Source of the DNA: Chthoniobacterales bacterium
GTDB taxonomy: Bacteria > Verrucomicrobiota > Verrucomicrobiia > Chthoniobacterales > JACTMZ01
Direction of reading: 5' to 3'
Length of the DNA: 51,188 nt
NCBI GenBank assembly: GCA_049315725.1
Contig: JBMOJP010000005.1
Location: 1-51,188 of the forward strand
The notes under the pieces were generated by a model. That model worked only from the letters and a program-made list of their open reading frames with translations. It was not told the DNA's origin and ran no database searches. The position numbers were made by a program, and so were the translations under genes. Shown piece by piece: positions 10,482 to 19,808 of the stretch (the stretch's first letter is position 1; the number at the start of each line of letters is the position of its first letter).

Positions 10482-12384
10482 AGCAATTCAGGTAGGTGTA
10501 GCCGTCGAGGGCCTTTTCATACTCATCAAGCAGGCGCATGGCCTCATTCGGTTTCATCCGGTCCTCCTTGATCGCGGCGTCCACCTGGACCTTGACCCGC
10601 CTCACCAACTCGCTCTTCTCCCACTGGGTCAGGGCCAGCACGCTGCCGATGGTGTTGCCGCCGATGATTTCTTCGACGTAGTAACCGCTCTCCTCATCCT
10701 CATCGAGGAAGAGGTGCATCTCGTTGACCCGGCCGAAGAGATTGTGCATGTCGCCCATGATGTCCTGGTAGGCCCCGGCGAGGAAGAACCCGAGGTAATA
10801 GGGCCGTCCCTCCTCGGCGCGGTGCAGCGGCAGGGTCGGCTTGACGTCCTGCAGGTCAATGAAGCGTGCCATCTTCCCATCCGAATCGCAGGTGATATCA
10901 ACGAGGGTCGACTCCCGGTCCGGCGCTTCGTTCAGCCGATGAATCGGCATGACGGGAAACAACTGCCCGAGGGCCCAGTGGTCGAGGAGGGACTGGAAGA
11001 TGGAAAAATTGCACAAAACCTGGTCACCGAGGGACACCTCCAGTTCCTTGACCTCCTCGGGCACATAGCGCATGCCCCGGAACAACTCGACGACCTTGGC
11101 CGCGATCTGCCAGTAGACCATCTCGAGCCGGGCCTTGGCCGGCAGCTCGAGCAAACCGAGGGCAAACATCGAGTCGGCCTTCTCCCGAATCTCCTGTGCA
11201 TCATGCAGGCTCTCCAAGCGGTGCTTGCTCGCCAGCGACGCGTAGATGTCGATCATGTCCTGCACGACCGTCGGGTCGCCCGGGGCGGCCGCGACAACGG
11301 GCCCGCGGGATACCTTCTCGATCGAGCCGAAGGCTTCGACGATCAGAACTGAATGGTGCGCGGCAATGGCCCGGCCGCTTTCGCTGACCAGCACCGGATG
11401 CGCGACCTTTTCTTCGTCGCACACCTCCTGGACGGCCGAGACGACGTCGCGGGCGTATTCGGGCAGCGTGTAGTTGACCGAACTGTCAAAGGTCGTGCGC
11501 GAGCCGTCGTAATCAATGCCCAGACCCCCACCCACATCGAGGTAGCCGAGTTCGTGCCCCAGCTTGTGCAGCTTGGCGTAGAACCGCGCCGCCTCCCGCA
11601 CGGCCCGCTTGATCGTCCCGATGTCGGGGATCTGCGAGCCCACGTGAAAATGAACCAACTTGAGACAATGCGCCATGCCCTCGCGTCGCAGGAGTTCGCT
11701 GGCGTCAACCAGTTCTGCGGTGGAAAGGCCGAACTTGGCGTCTTCGCCCCCGCTCGTGGCCCATTTGCCCGCACCTTTCGTCGCCAGGCGGACGCGGACC
11801 CCGATCCATGGTTCGACGCCCATGGTCCGGGCGATGGCCATGATTTGCGCCAACTCCTCCACCTTCTCGACGACCATGACCAGCCGCTTGCCCAGCTTGC
11901 GCCCGAGCATGGCGTTGCGGATGTAGTCGGCATCCTTGTAGCCATTGCAAATGATGAGGCTTTCCGCATCGGCGTGGATGGACAAAGCGGCGAGCAACTC
12001 CGGCTTGCTCCCGGCCTCGAGACCGAAGTGAAATGGCTCACCGGCCTCGACAATCTCTTCCACCACTTCGCGCAGTTGGTTCACCTTGATGGGAAACACG
12101 CCGCGGTAAACATTCCCGTAACCGGCGCCGGCAATGGCTTCGCTGAACGCTTCGTTGATCGTCCGCACCCGGTGCCGGAGCAAATCCTGGAAGCGCAGGG
12201 TCAGAGGGAACGATAGCCCGCGGGAGCGCGCCTCCTCGACCAACTCCATCAGGTCGATCTCCCTTCCGGGCTCGCCGTCGGGACGAACCACGACATGACC
12301 GTGCGAATTGATGGAAAAATAAGGTGAACCCCAGCGCTCCACATTGTAGAGCGCCAGCGCGGAGGAGATGTCCCAGTCTTGCAT
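10450..12384 (-). CDS. speA: Biosynthetic arginine decarboxylase
   Basis: VFPIKVNQ (PLP lysine), GLEAGSKPEL, HFHVGSQI, DVGGGLGIDYDG, DITCDSDG, GAYQDIMGDMHNLFG. Confidence 0.96.
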   Translation of the reverse strand: MQDWDISSALALYNVERWGSPYFSINSHGHVVVRPDGEPGREIDLMELVEEARSRGLSFPLTLRFQDLLRHRVRTINEAFSEAIAGAGYGNVYRGVFPIKVNQLREVVEEIVEAGEPFHFGLEAGSKPELLAALSIHADAESLIICNGYKDADYIRNAMLGRKLGKRLVMVVEKVEELAQIMAIARTMGVEPWIGVRVRLATKGAGKWATSGGEDAKFGLSTAELVDASELLRREGMAHCLKLVHFHVGSQIPDIGTIKRAVREAARFYAKLHKLGHELGYLDVGGGLGIDYDGSRTTFDSSVNYTLPEYARDVVSAVQEVCDEEKVAHPVLVSESGRAIAAHHSVLIVEAFGSIEKVSRGPVVAAAPGDPTVVQDMIDIYASLASKHRLESLHDAQEIREKADSMFALGLLELPAKARLEMVYWQIAAKVVELFRGMRYVPEEVKELEVSLGDQVLCNFSIFQSLLDHWALGQLFPVMPIHRLNEAPDRESTLVDITCDSDGKMARFIDLQDVKPTLPLHRAEEGRPYYLGFFLAGAYQDIMGDMHNLFGRVNEMHLFLDEDEESGYYVEEIIGGNTIGSVLALTQWEKSELVRRVKVQVDAAIKEDRMKPNEAMRLLDEYEKALDGYTYLNCFTPPPSGGTS

Positions 12385-12483
12385 TAGGCGAGCGCGCTAA
12401 TACGGCCACACGGCCGCAAGATCAACCGCAATTCTTGCGGAATTTTCTTTGGCCGGATTTTGCCCTCGTCCAGACTGCCGCCG

Positions 12484-12900
12484 ATGAGCCGCCCCGCCCT
12501 GCCCCGGATTGAGCATGAAGTCACCGTAATGTTCTTCGACACGGACTGCGCGGGCGTGGTCCACAACCTCGCGTATCTGCGTTTCATCGAGACAGCGCGG
12601 ACCCTCATGGCCGGCGAAATGGGCATGCCCCTGCGCGAAATGGTCGATACCGGGCTCTACCCGGTCGTCCTCCGCACGGAAATCGACTACCGCTCGCCCG
12701 GCCGCGTCGGCGAGGTTCTCCTTGTCCGCGGCGGCGTTTCGGAACTCGGCCGCGTGCGCTTCTGGGTCAGCTTCGAGATCATCCGTCCGGAAGACGGCAC
12801 AGTGCTCGCGACCTGCCGCCAATCGCTTGCGCTCATCCGCATGCCGGGGGCGAAGGCCGAGCGTCTGCCCGCCGAGTGGTTTGTCGCCGCGAAGGCTTAG
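12484..12900 (+). CDS. Acyl-CoA thioesterase (YbgC/4HBT family)
   Basis: FFDTDCAGVVHNLAYLRFIETAR hot-dog motif. Confidence 0.88.
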   Translation: MSRPALPRIEHEVTVMFFDTDCAGVVHNLAYLRFIETARTLMAGEMGMPLREMVDTGLYPVVLRTEIDYRSPGRVGEVLLVRGGVSELGRVRFWVSFEIIRPEDGTVLATCRQSLALIRMPGAKAERLPAEWFVAAKA

Positions 12901-12908
12901 CCTCACCC

Positions 12909-13475
12909 TCAGCCTTTGACCGAGCGGGCCACGGCAACCAGGGCCATGGTCAACTTTTCCCGCACGCCGGGCGCGAAGCCCCGTTTTTCATGGAGAGCGA
13001 GAAGTTGCAGGACCCCGCAGCGTAGCAGGCTGGCGCTGGCCACCTCGAGATGCAGGGTGATGCCCCGCGCTTCGCCCCAACCGGCCCCGCCCGCCTCGGC
13101 TGCGCGATCCATCGCGCCCGTGGCCGCCGTGAGGAGCACCTCGGGGCGCAAATCGACCGGCATGTTCCAAGCGGCCGCGATCTCGCGACCATGCAGCAGC
13201 AGGCAACTCTCGATGCCGGGCAAACCGCAACACAGCCGCGGCACATCGGCCGGCGTGATCCGCTCTTCGGTATGAAAAATTTCCTGCAGCACTTTGTCCG
13301 CCGCCAGATTCCGCCCGCTCCAAGCCGTCGGGGCTTTCTCCAGTCGGGGCAAGCCGGCCAGAACCCGCGTGCGCAGCGTCTCGGGCAGTCCCACCGTCAC
13401 GGGCCAGACCTCAAGTTCCCGCACCACATGCAACGGATGCTTTCCGGCGGGACGAAGGGCGAGGGCTTTGGTCAT
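12909..13475 (-). CDS. Hypothetical protein with possible Roadblock/LC7-like C-terminal domain
   Basis: C-terminal half has an alpha-beta-beta-alpha-beta-beta-beta-alpha pattern (LPGIESCLLLHG...ITLHL...SLLR...LLALH...GFAPGVREKL); start uncertain. Confidence 0.5.
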   Translation of the reverse strand: MTKALALRPAGKHPLHVVRELEVWPVTVGLPETLRTRVLAGLPRLEKAPTAWSGRNLAADKVLQEIFHTEERITPADVPRLCCGLPGIESCLLLHGREIAAAWNMPVDLRPEVLLTAATGAMDRAAEAGGAGWGEARGITLHLEVASASLLRCGVLQLLALHEKRGFAPGVREKLTMALVAVARSVKG

Positions 13476-13614
13476 GACTCCTGCTAGCAAACCTCCCCGA
13501 CGCCCCGCGGGCAAGCCCTCCGCTTTCGCTTGGGCAATTCACCGGCGCGGGCTAAATTGCCGTCATGATCCGTTGCCTACTCTCCACGACGACCCGGGAG
13601 GCCTCTCCCCGCTG

Positions 13615-13890
13615 ATGAAAACCGTGACCATCACCGAGGCGAAAAAACACCTGGGCGCCTACCTCAAGGAGGCGGTCGACGGTGGCAATATCGGCATCAT
13701 TTGCGGACATCACATCGTGGCCCTGCGCCCCGTCGCCGTGACCACGTTGGACTTCGACGAGACGGGTGATGCGGATGTGGCCAAACTCACGGCCGAGCAG
13801 CGCGACGCGCTCTACGTCCAACTCAAGCAGGAGCGCAAGGAAGCCAAGCGGCGCCGCAAGGAACTGCTGGCCGGCACCCCGGACGCTTGA
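13615..13890 (+). CDS. Phd/YefM-like antitoxin / small DNA-binding protein
   Basis: MKTVTITEAKKHLGAYLKEAVDG...IVALRPV matches the Phd/YefM N-terminal pattern; 91 aa. Confidence 0.7.
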   Translation: MKTVTITEAKKHLGAYLKEAVDGGNIGIICGHHIVALRPVAVTTLDFDETGDADVAKLTAEQRDALYVQLKQERKEAKRRRKELLAGTPDA

Positions 13891-13911
13891 CCGGTTGTGC
13901 GTCCGTCTTAT

Positions 13912-13929
13912 GCTGGACACATGTCCAGC
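13912..13929. promoter_or_regulatory. Candidate LexA autoregulatory operator
   Basis: Inverted repeat GCTGGACA-CA-TGTCCAGC over the lexA start codon (core GGAC-N4-GTCC). Confidence 0.4.
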
Positions 13930-14556
13930 TTGCCCACGACGCGCCAAAGCCAGATTCTCGACTACGTCCGTCGTCACCGCACCCGCCATGGCGTGCCGCC
14001 GACGGTGCGCGAGATCCAGCATCATTTTGGCTTTGCCAGCCCCAATGCCGCCGCCTCGCATCTGCGGGCTTTGGCCAAAAAGGGTCTGGTCCACCGTGCC
14101 CCCGGCGCGGCCCGCGCACTCACCCTGCCGGGCGAGGAGCGCCGCGAGGTGGCCGGCATCCCGATTTACGGCGACATCCCGGCCGGTTTTCCCGATTCCC
14201 GTGAGCAACGCCCGGACGGCTGCGTTTACGCCGACCTCGACTCGCTCGACATCCGCCGCACCGCCCGCACCTTCGCCGTGCGGGTCCGCGGCGACTCCAT
14301 GACCGGAGCGCACATCGTCGACGGCGACATTGTCGTGCTCGAGTTGCGCGAGCCGAACCACGGCAACATCGTGGCCGCGCTGATCGACGGTGAAACCACA
14401 CTCAAGCGTTACCTCACCCGCCAACGCCGCCCTTTTCTCCGGGCCGAAAACCCGAAGTATCCCGACCTCATCCCCGCCCATGAGCTGGTCATCCAGGGCG
14501 TGATGATCGCGCTCTTCCGCAAACCGCAGGACGCCGGCCGGGCCATCGCGCCGTGA
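13921..14556 (+). CDS. lexA: SOS repressor LexA
   Basis: PPTVREI...SPNAAASHLRALAKKG winged HTH; Ala-Gly cleavage site IPAGFP; catalytic GDSM and TLKR. Confidence 0.95.
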   Translation: MSSLPTTRQSQILDYVRRHRTRHGVPPTVREIQHHFGFASPNAAASHLRALAKKGLVHRAPGAARALTLPGEERREVAGIPIYGDIPAGFPDSREQRPDGCVYADLDSLDIRRTARTFAVRVRGDSMTGAHIVDGDIVVLELREPNHGNIVAALIDGETTLKRYLTRQRRPFLRAENPKYPDLIPAHELVIQGVMIALFRKPQDAGRAIAP

Positions 14557-14822
14557 CACGGCTGAGGGGTGCGGCAACGAATTCCATGTCTGGCGCGACG
14601 AGTTGTTCCCTTCCTCCGCGCCCATCACGACAATAGCCTCATGGGGATGGCAGGAGTCAGGCCCGGATCCTTCGGGGTGAGTTATGTTCACGGCAGTTTG
14701 TCTCCTGGCCTTGACTCGGGCTACGCCCTCGCCCTGCGCTCGGCTCGCGGGCTGCCCGCCGTGGCGGGCCTGACGCGTGGGCGTGGGCGCAAGGGGTTAT
14801 CGCGATGCTCTTCGCCCGGCGA

Positions 14823-15323
14823 CTACTCGACTTTCAGCCGGAGCACTTCCTCGGTGCCGGGCAACGGCTTCGGGGCGTTGGGGCCGAAGAAAAAGGTGTG
14901 GGTCAGCTCGGAGCCGGTGTGCAGGGCGGCCTGCATGGTCCAGAGCAGAAAAATGCAAGCCGCCACGGCGACGAGCCGGGCAAGCAGCGACACGCCGGGA
15001 ATGCGTCCGCCGAAAAAACAGGCGGCAGCGGCCACGGCGGAGAACCAGGCGGCAAAGAGCATGAGCCCCGAGGTGCTCTGGTGATTTTGCACGGCCGCGG
15101 CGACAGATTCTCCGACATAGCGGACCTCGACCGCCGCCTCCCGCCCGGTGGTGTGCGCCCAAGTTGCGCCCAGCGCACCGAGCAGCATCAGCAGCAAGGC
15201 GAAGCGTAGCACATGGCGGTGGGGCCACAGCAGGGAGAGCAGCACCGCCGCCATGCCCAGGAGCAGGAAGGCCACGGGAAAATGGACGGCAAAGGGGTGC
15301 AACGGATCCGGCAGGTGCAACAT
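14823..15323 (-). CDS. DUF2231-like membrane protein
   Basis: LHPFAVHFPVAFL...TG...H...TGSELTH, four hydrophobic helices. Confidence 0.8.
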   Translation of the reverse strand: MLHLPDPLHPFAVHFPVAFLLLGMAAVLLSLLWPHRHVLRFALLLMLLGALGATWAHTTGREAAVEVRYVGESVAAAVQNHQSTSGLMLFAAWFSAVAAAACFFGGRIPGVSLLARLVAVAACIFLLWTMQAALHTGSELTHTFFFGPNAPKPLPGTEEVLRLKVE

Positions 15324-15417
15324 GGAAATGGAAAAATGCCGCCGGGACGACGTTTAGGCAATACTCCGTGGACTCCCGCGGCCCTCTGGTGAAAAATCCC
15401 CACCCGCCCCAACCTCC

Positions 15418-16695
15418 ATGCTCGAGCCATTCCTGCAATCCGCCCTCGCCGACCTCGAGCGCCGCCACCTGCGCCGGCGCATCCGCGTGTCGGATGCGCC
15501 CACCGGACCGCTCGTGCACATGGGGGACAAAACGCTGCACAATTTCGCCTCGAACGATTACCTCGGACTGGCGGCAAACCCGCGCGTAGTTGAGGCCGCC
15601 GTGCAGGCGCTCCGGGATTTCGGGGCCGGGGCCGGGGCCTCGCGCCTGGTCACCGGAACGCAGCGCCCCCACCGCCAACTCGAGGAGCAACTCGCCGCCT
15701 TCAAGCGCACTGAGGCCGCGCTTGTTTTCAGCAGCGGCTATGCGACCAGCACAGGCGCGCTGTCTGCTTTGGCCACCAAGAACGATGTCATTCTCCTCGA
15801 CCGGCTGAGCCATGCCTGTCTGGTGGATGGCGCGCGACTGAGCGGAGCCACGCTGCGCCCCTTCCGCCACAATGACCTCGACCACCTCGAGCATCACCTT
15901 CGGTGGGCCCGGGCGCGGCATCCCTTGGCCCGGCTTTTCATCGCGACGGAGTCGGTCTTCAGCATGGACGGCGACACCGCCCCGCTCGCGGCGATCGTGG
16001 AAATGAAGGACCGCTATGGTGCCGCCCTGGTGCTGGACGAGGCGCATGCCGTGGGCGTCCTCGGCCCCGGCGGCCGCGGGCTGGCCGCCCAATGCCGGCT
16101 GGACCAACGCATCGAGGTGCAGATGGGCACCCTGGGCAAAGCTCTGGGCAGCTCCGGGGGATACATCGCGGGGTCGAGGCATTTGGTGGAATTTCTGGCC
16201 AACCGCGCGCGCAGTTTTGTTTTTTCCACGGCCGCCCCCGCCTCGTCCGCCGCGGCCGCCACGACCGCCTTGGAAATCTGCGCCGGCCCCGAGGGCGACC
16301 GACGCCGGATCAAACTCCGCGAACTCGCCGACCTCGTGACCCCAAACCTCCCGGCCGCGATTCATCCGCTCATCCTCGGCGGCGAGGAAAACACCCTCCA
16401 AGCCTCGGAATCGCTGGCCAAACTGGGGTTTTTCGTTCCAGCCATCCGTCCCCCCACCGTGCCGAAGGGCACCTCGCGCCTGCGCGTCAGTCTGTCGGCC
16501 GCGCACGAATCGGCAGCCGTGGCCACGCTCGCGCGGATGCTGGCGGTGGTTTCGGCCCGCCCGGAGGCTTCGGGTGGAGATCCCGACACGGTCTGCCCGG
16601 TTTGCGGCCGCATCCTCACGCAGGAGAAATGCAAGGTCGTGTGCCGCAGCGCGGTCTGCGGCTACCGGATTGTTTTCAATTGCTCGGAATTCTGA
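15418..16695 (+). CDS. bioF: 8-amino-7-oxononanoate synthase with C-terminal Cys-rich zinc-ribbon extension
   Basis: NFASNDYLGL, HACLVDG, TESVFSMDGD, DEAHAVG, GTLGKALG, IRPPTVPKGTSRLR; extra tail CPVCG...CKVVC...CGY...NCSEF. Confidence 0.92.
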   Translation: MLEPFLQSALADLERRHLRRRIRVSDAPTGPLVHMGDKTLHNFASNDYLGLAANPRVVEAAVQALRDFGAGAGASRLVTGTQRPHRQLEEQLAAFKRTEAALVFSSGYATSTGALSALATKNDVILLDRLSHACLVDGARLSGATLRPFRHNDLDHLEHHLRWARARHPLARLFIATESVFSMDGDTAPLAAIVEMKDRYGAALVLDEAHAVGVLGPGGRGLAAQCRLDQRIEVQMGTLGKALGSSGGYIAGSRHLVEFLANRARSFVFSTAAPASSAAAATTALEICAGPEGDRRRIKLRELADLVTPNLPAAIHPLILGGEENTLQASESLAKLGFFVPAIRPPTVPKGTSRLRVSLSAAHESAAVATLARMLAVVSARPEASGGDPDTVCPVCGRILTQEKCKVVCRSAVCGYRIVFNCSEF

Positions 16696-16713
16696 CCCGC
16701 GCACAATCCCGCC

Positions 16714-18561
16714 ATGCCGAATCCCAACCCCGACACCGCCCAACAGATCAAACGTGTTCCCACGCGCGAGGAAATCCCCGAGGCCGACCGCTGGGATCTG
16801 ACCCACCTTTACCCGGACGACGCCGCCTGGGAGGCCGAGTTGGCGGCACTGCAAGCGCGGTATCCGGGCATCAAAGACTTCCGCGGCAAGCTGGCCGGGT
16901 CGCCGGCGTCGCTGCTGGCCGCGCTGGAGTTGGAGAAAAGCATCGACCAACCGCTCGAGCGCTTGGCGACCTACGCGAGCCTCCGGACCAGTGAGAACGG
17001 TGCCGACGCGGCCTTTCTCGAACGGGAAGCCCGACTGCAAAACCTGCACACGGAGATCGTGGAAACCTGCTCATTCATCAGCCCTGAACTGCAGGCGGTT
17101 CCGGACGCCAAGTTTGCCGCCCTGGTCGCGGCACCAGAATTGACCCCTTGGCAGACGGTGCTGACGCGATTGCGCCGCTTCAAGCCGCACACGCTCAACG
17201 AACGCGAGGAGCGCCTGCTCGCCATGGGCTCGCAACCGTTGGAGGGACACGAGGAAACTTTTTCCCAACTGACCAACGTGGACCTCAAATTCGGCCTCAT
17301 CGCGGGGACGGACGGACAGCAGAGCGAACTCAGCCTCGGCAGCTTCAGCTCATTTCTGGTCAAGCCGGACCGCGACCTGCGTCGTCGCGCCTTCCACCAA
17401 TTCTACGAGGAGTTCACCGACCACAAATTCACCCTGGCCAGCACCCTGGCCAATTCCGTGCGGGCCGATGTCTTCAAAGCGCGGGCCCGCGACTATCCAT
17501 CCGCCCTCGGCGCCGCCCTCTTCCGCCACAACATCCCGGAAACCGTTTACATCAACCTCGTCGGGGCCGTGCGGGCCAACCTCGCCCCACTCCACCGCTA
17601 CTACGAACTGCGGCGCCGCGCGCTCGGGATTGAGACAATCCACCACTACGACACCTACGTCCCGCTCGTCCCGCAGGTCAGCACGCACCTGAGCTTCGAC
17701 GAGGCGATTGATCGCGTGATCGCCGCGGTCCACCCGCTGGGTGAAGAATACACGCGGGAGCTGGCCGCCGGCCTGCGCGGGCGCTGGTGCGACCGCTACG
17801 AATCGAAGGGCAAACGCAGCGGCGCCTTCTCCAGCGGGTGCTTCGGCTCACCGCCCTACATCCTGATGAACTACAAGCCGGATGTGTTTTCCGACATGTT
17901 CACGCTGGCCCACGAGGCCGGTCACTCGATGCACACGTGGTATGCCCAACGCGCACAAACCTACCAAGACCATCATTATCCGATCTTCCTCGCCGAAGTC
18001 GCCTCGACCTTCAACGAAGAACTCCTGACCCACCATCTCCTCGAACAGACCAGTGACCCGAAGATGCGAGCCCACTTACTCAACCGCCAGATCGACGACC
18101 TGCGGGGCACGATTTACCGGCAAACCATGTTCGCGGAGTTTGAGAAAATCATCCACGAGCGGCAAGAAGCCGGGGAGGCTCTGACCCTCGACACGCTCAC
18201 GACCATCTACCATCAGCTCCTCGTGACCTATTTCGGACCGGACTTCGTTCTGGATCCGCAACTCGACCTCGAGTGCCTGCGCATTCCACATTTTTACAGC
18301 GCGTTCTACGTCTACCAATATGCGACCGGCATGAGCGCAGCCCTCGCTCTCTCCGGGCAGGTGCTCGAATCCGGCGATGCCTCGCGCTACCTCGGGTTTC
18401 TCCGCTCGGGCGGCAAGCTCGATCCGATCGATACGCTCACCGCCGCCGGGGTGGACATGAACTCCTCCGCCCCGGTGGACCGCGCGCTGGAACTCTTCGC
18501 CCGCCGGGTGGACGAACTGGCCGAGTTGCTCGGCGTGGACCTCGGAGGTCCCACCGCATGA
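16714..18561 (+). CDS. pepF: Oligoendopeptidase F (M3B)
   Basis: WDLTHLY, GKRSGAFS, TLAHEAGHSMH, AEVASTFNE, RIPHFY..FYVYQYATG. Confidence 0.95.
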   Translation: MPNPNPDTAQQIKRVPTREEIPEADRWDLTHLYPDDAAWEAELAALQARYPGIKDFRGKLAGSPASLLAALELEKSIDQPLERLATYASLRTSENGADAAFLEREARLQNLHTEIVETCSFISPELQAVPDAKFAALVAAPELTPWQTVLTRLRRFKPHTLNEREERLLAMGSQPLEGHEETFSQLTNVDLKFGLIAGTDGQQSELSLGSFSSFLVKPDRDLRRRAFHQFYEEFTDHKFTLASTLANSVRADVFKARARDYPSALGAALFRHNIPETVYINLVGAVRANLAPLHRYYELRRRALGIETIHHYDTYVPLVPQVSTHLSFDEAIDRVIAAVHPLGEEYTRELAAGLRGRWCDRYESKGKRSGAFSSGCFGSPPYILMNYKPDVFSDMFTLAHEAGHSMHTWYAQRAQTYQDHHYPIFLAEVASTFNEELLTHHLLEQTSDPKMRAHLLNRQIDDLRGTIYRQTMFAEFEKIIHERQEAGEALTLDTLTTIYHQLLVTYFGPDFVLDPQLDLECLRIPHFYSAFYVYQYATGMSAALALSGQVLESGDASRYLGFLRSGGKLDPIDTLTAAGVDMNSSAPVDRALELFARRVDELAELLGVDLGGPTA

Positions 18562-19808
18562 AGCGCGCCTTCCTCGACAAGATCCTGGCCCGCCTCCGCC
18601 GGATCCAGCCGGAGGAAGTCGAGACGTTCTTCGTTGAGTTGGCCCGCGACAAGCGTTTCCTCGAGACCATTTTCAACGCGATCCACGAGGGCGTCATTGT
18701 CACCGACGTCGGCGGCACGGTGGTCTATCTCAACGACGCCGCCTGCCTGCTCTTTGGTCTCGACCCCGCCTCCGCCCTCGGTCGTCCCCTCGCGGAAAAA
18801 ATCAGCGGCCTGCGCTGGAAGGAACTGGCCCAAGGCCGCGAGATCGTGAGCCGGGACATCGAGGTTTTTCACCCGGCCCACCGCGTCCTCAATTTCTACG
18901 TCGTGCCGCTGATGAGCGAAGACGAGGAGGAAGGGGGGCCGCAGCAGCATGCTGGCTACGTCTTGATCATGCGCGACATCACGGAGCGCCAGCGCGCCAC
19001 CGAGGAAACGCTGGAAAGCGAACGCATGGCCGCCCTGCAGCTGCTCGCCGCCGGCGTGGCCCACGAAATCGGCAACCCGCTCAACTCCCTCACCATCCAC
19101 CTCCAGCTCCTCGAACGCCGCCTGCGCAAGCTGCCGGCGGACCAGCGCGGGGACCTGCTTCCGCCGCTCGCCATCGCCCGCGACGAAATCAAACGGCTGG
19201 ATACGATCGTAACCCAGTTTCTTCGGGCCATCCGCCCGGCTCCACTCGACCGGGTTCCACAGGACCTCAACTTGCTTGTGCGCGAGGCCGCAGAATTTCT
19301 CGGCCCCGAACTCAAGTCGCGCAATGTCCTGCTCGAGCTCGAACTCTCCCCGGGCCTCCCCGCTCTTGCTGTCGATCCAAACCAGCTCAAGCAGGCGTTT
19401 TTCAACATCATCAAGAACTCCAGCGAGGCCATGAAGCAGGGCGGCCTCTTGAAAATTCGCACCCTGGCCGAGGCGGGCCGGATCGATGTCAGCTTCACCG
19501 ACACCGGGGGCGGCATGAGCACGGAAGCCATGGCCCGGGTCTTCGAACCCTACTACACGACGAAGCGAACCGGCAGCGGGCTCGGCCTCATGATCACCCA
19601 GCGGATCGTCCGCGCCCATGGCGGCGAAGTCGTGATCGAGAGCACCCCCGGGCAGGGGCTTCGTCTGACCATCCGCCTGCCACGGCAGGACAGGCAGGTC
19701 CAGATGCTCCCGCCCCGTCCCCTGACCCTGCCGGCCCCGGCGAAAAAATCATCCCGCCGCACTCCCGATCAACCAGGCCGCGAAGGCGTAATAGGTGGGA
19801 ATGCCTAG
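18558..19808 (+). CDS. PAS-domain cytoplasmic sensor histidine kinase (NtrB-like architecture)
   Basis: PAS (IHEGVIVTD...YLNDAA...MRDITE), H-box AGVAHEIGNPL, N-box NIIKNS, DTGGGM, FEPYYTTK, GSGLGL; ATGA overlap with pepF stop. Confidence 0.9.
   Translation: MKRAFLDKILARLRRIQPEEVETFFVELARDKRFLETIFNAIHEGVIVTDVGGTVVYLNDAACLLFGLDPASALGRPLAEKISGLRWKELAQGREIVSRDIEVFHPAHRVLNFYVVPLMSEDEEEGGPQQHAGYVLIMRDITERQRATEETLESERMAALQLLAAGVAHEIGNPLNSLTIHLQLLERRLRKLPADQRGDLLPPLAIARDEIKRLDTIVTQFLRAIRPAPLDRVPQDLNLLVREAAEFLGPELKSRNVLLELELSPGLPALAVDPNQLKQAFFNIIKNSSEAMKQGGLLKIRTLAEAGRIDVSFTDTGGGMSTEAMARVFEPYYTTKRTGSGLGLMITQRIVRAHGGEVVIESTPGQGLRLTIRLPRQDRQVQMLPPRPLTLPAPAKKSSRRTPDQPGREGVIGGNA

Noticed and set aside
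14557-14822. Hairpin-rich gap between lexA and the DUF2231 gene (ORF 14569-15084)
   Set aside because: Imperfect GC-rich stems only, single copy in the window; the ORF lacks coding features.
18558-19808. PAS kinase as NtrB driving the sigma-54 promoters
   Set aside because: Architecture is generic, no NtrC-like partner in the window, and it is coupled to pepF; the link cannot be supported.
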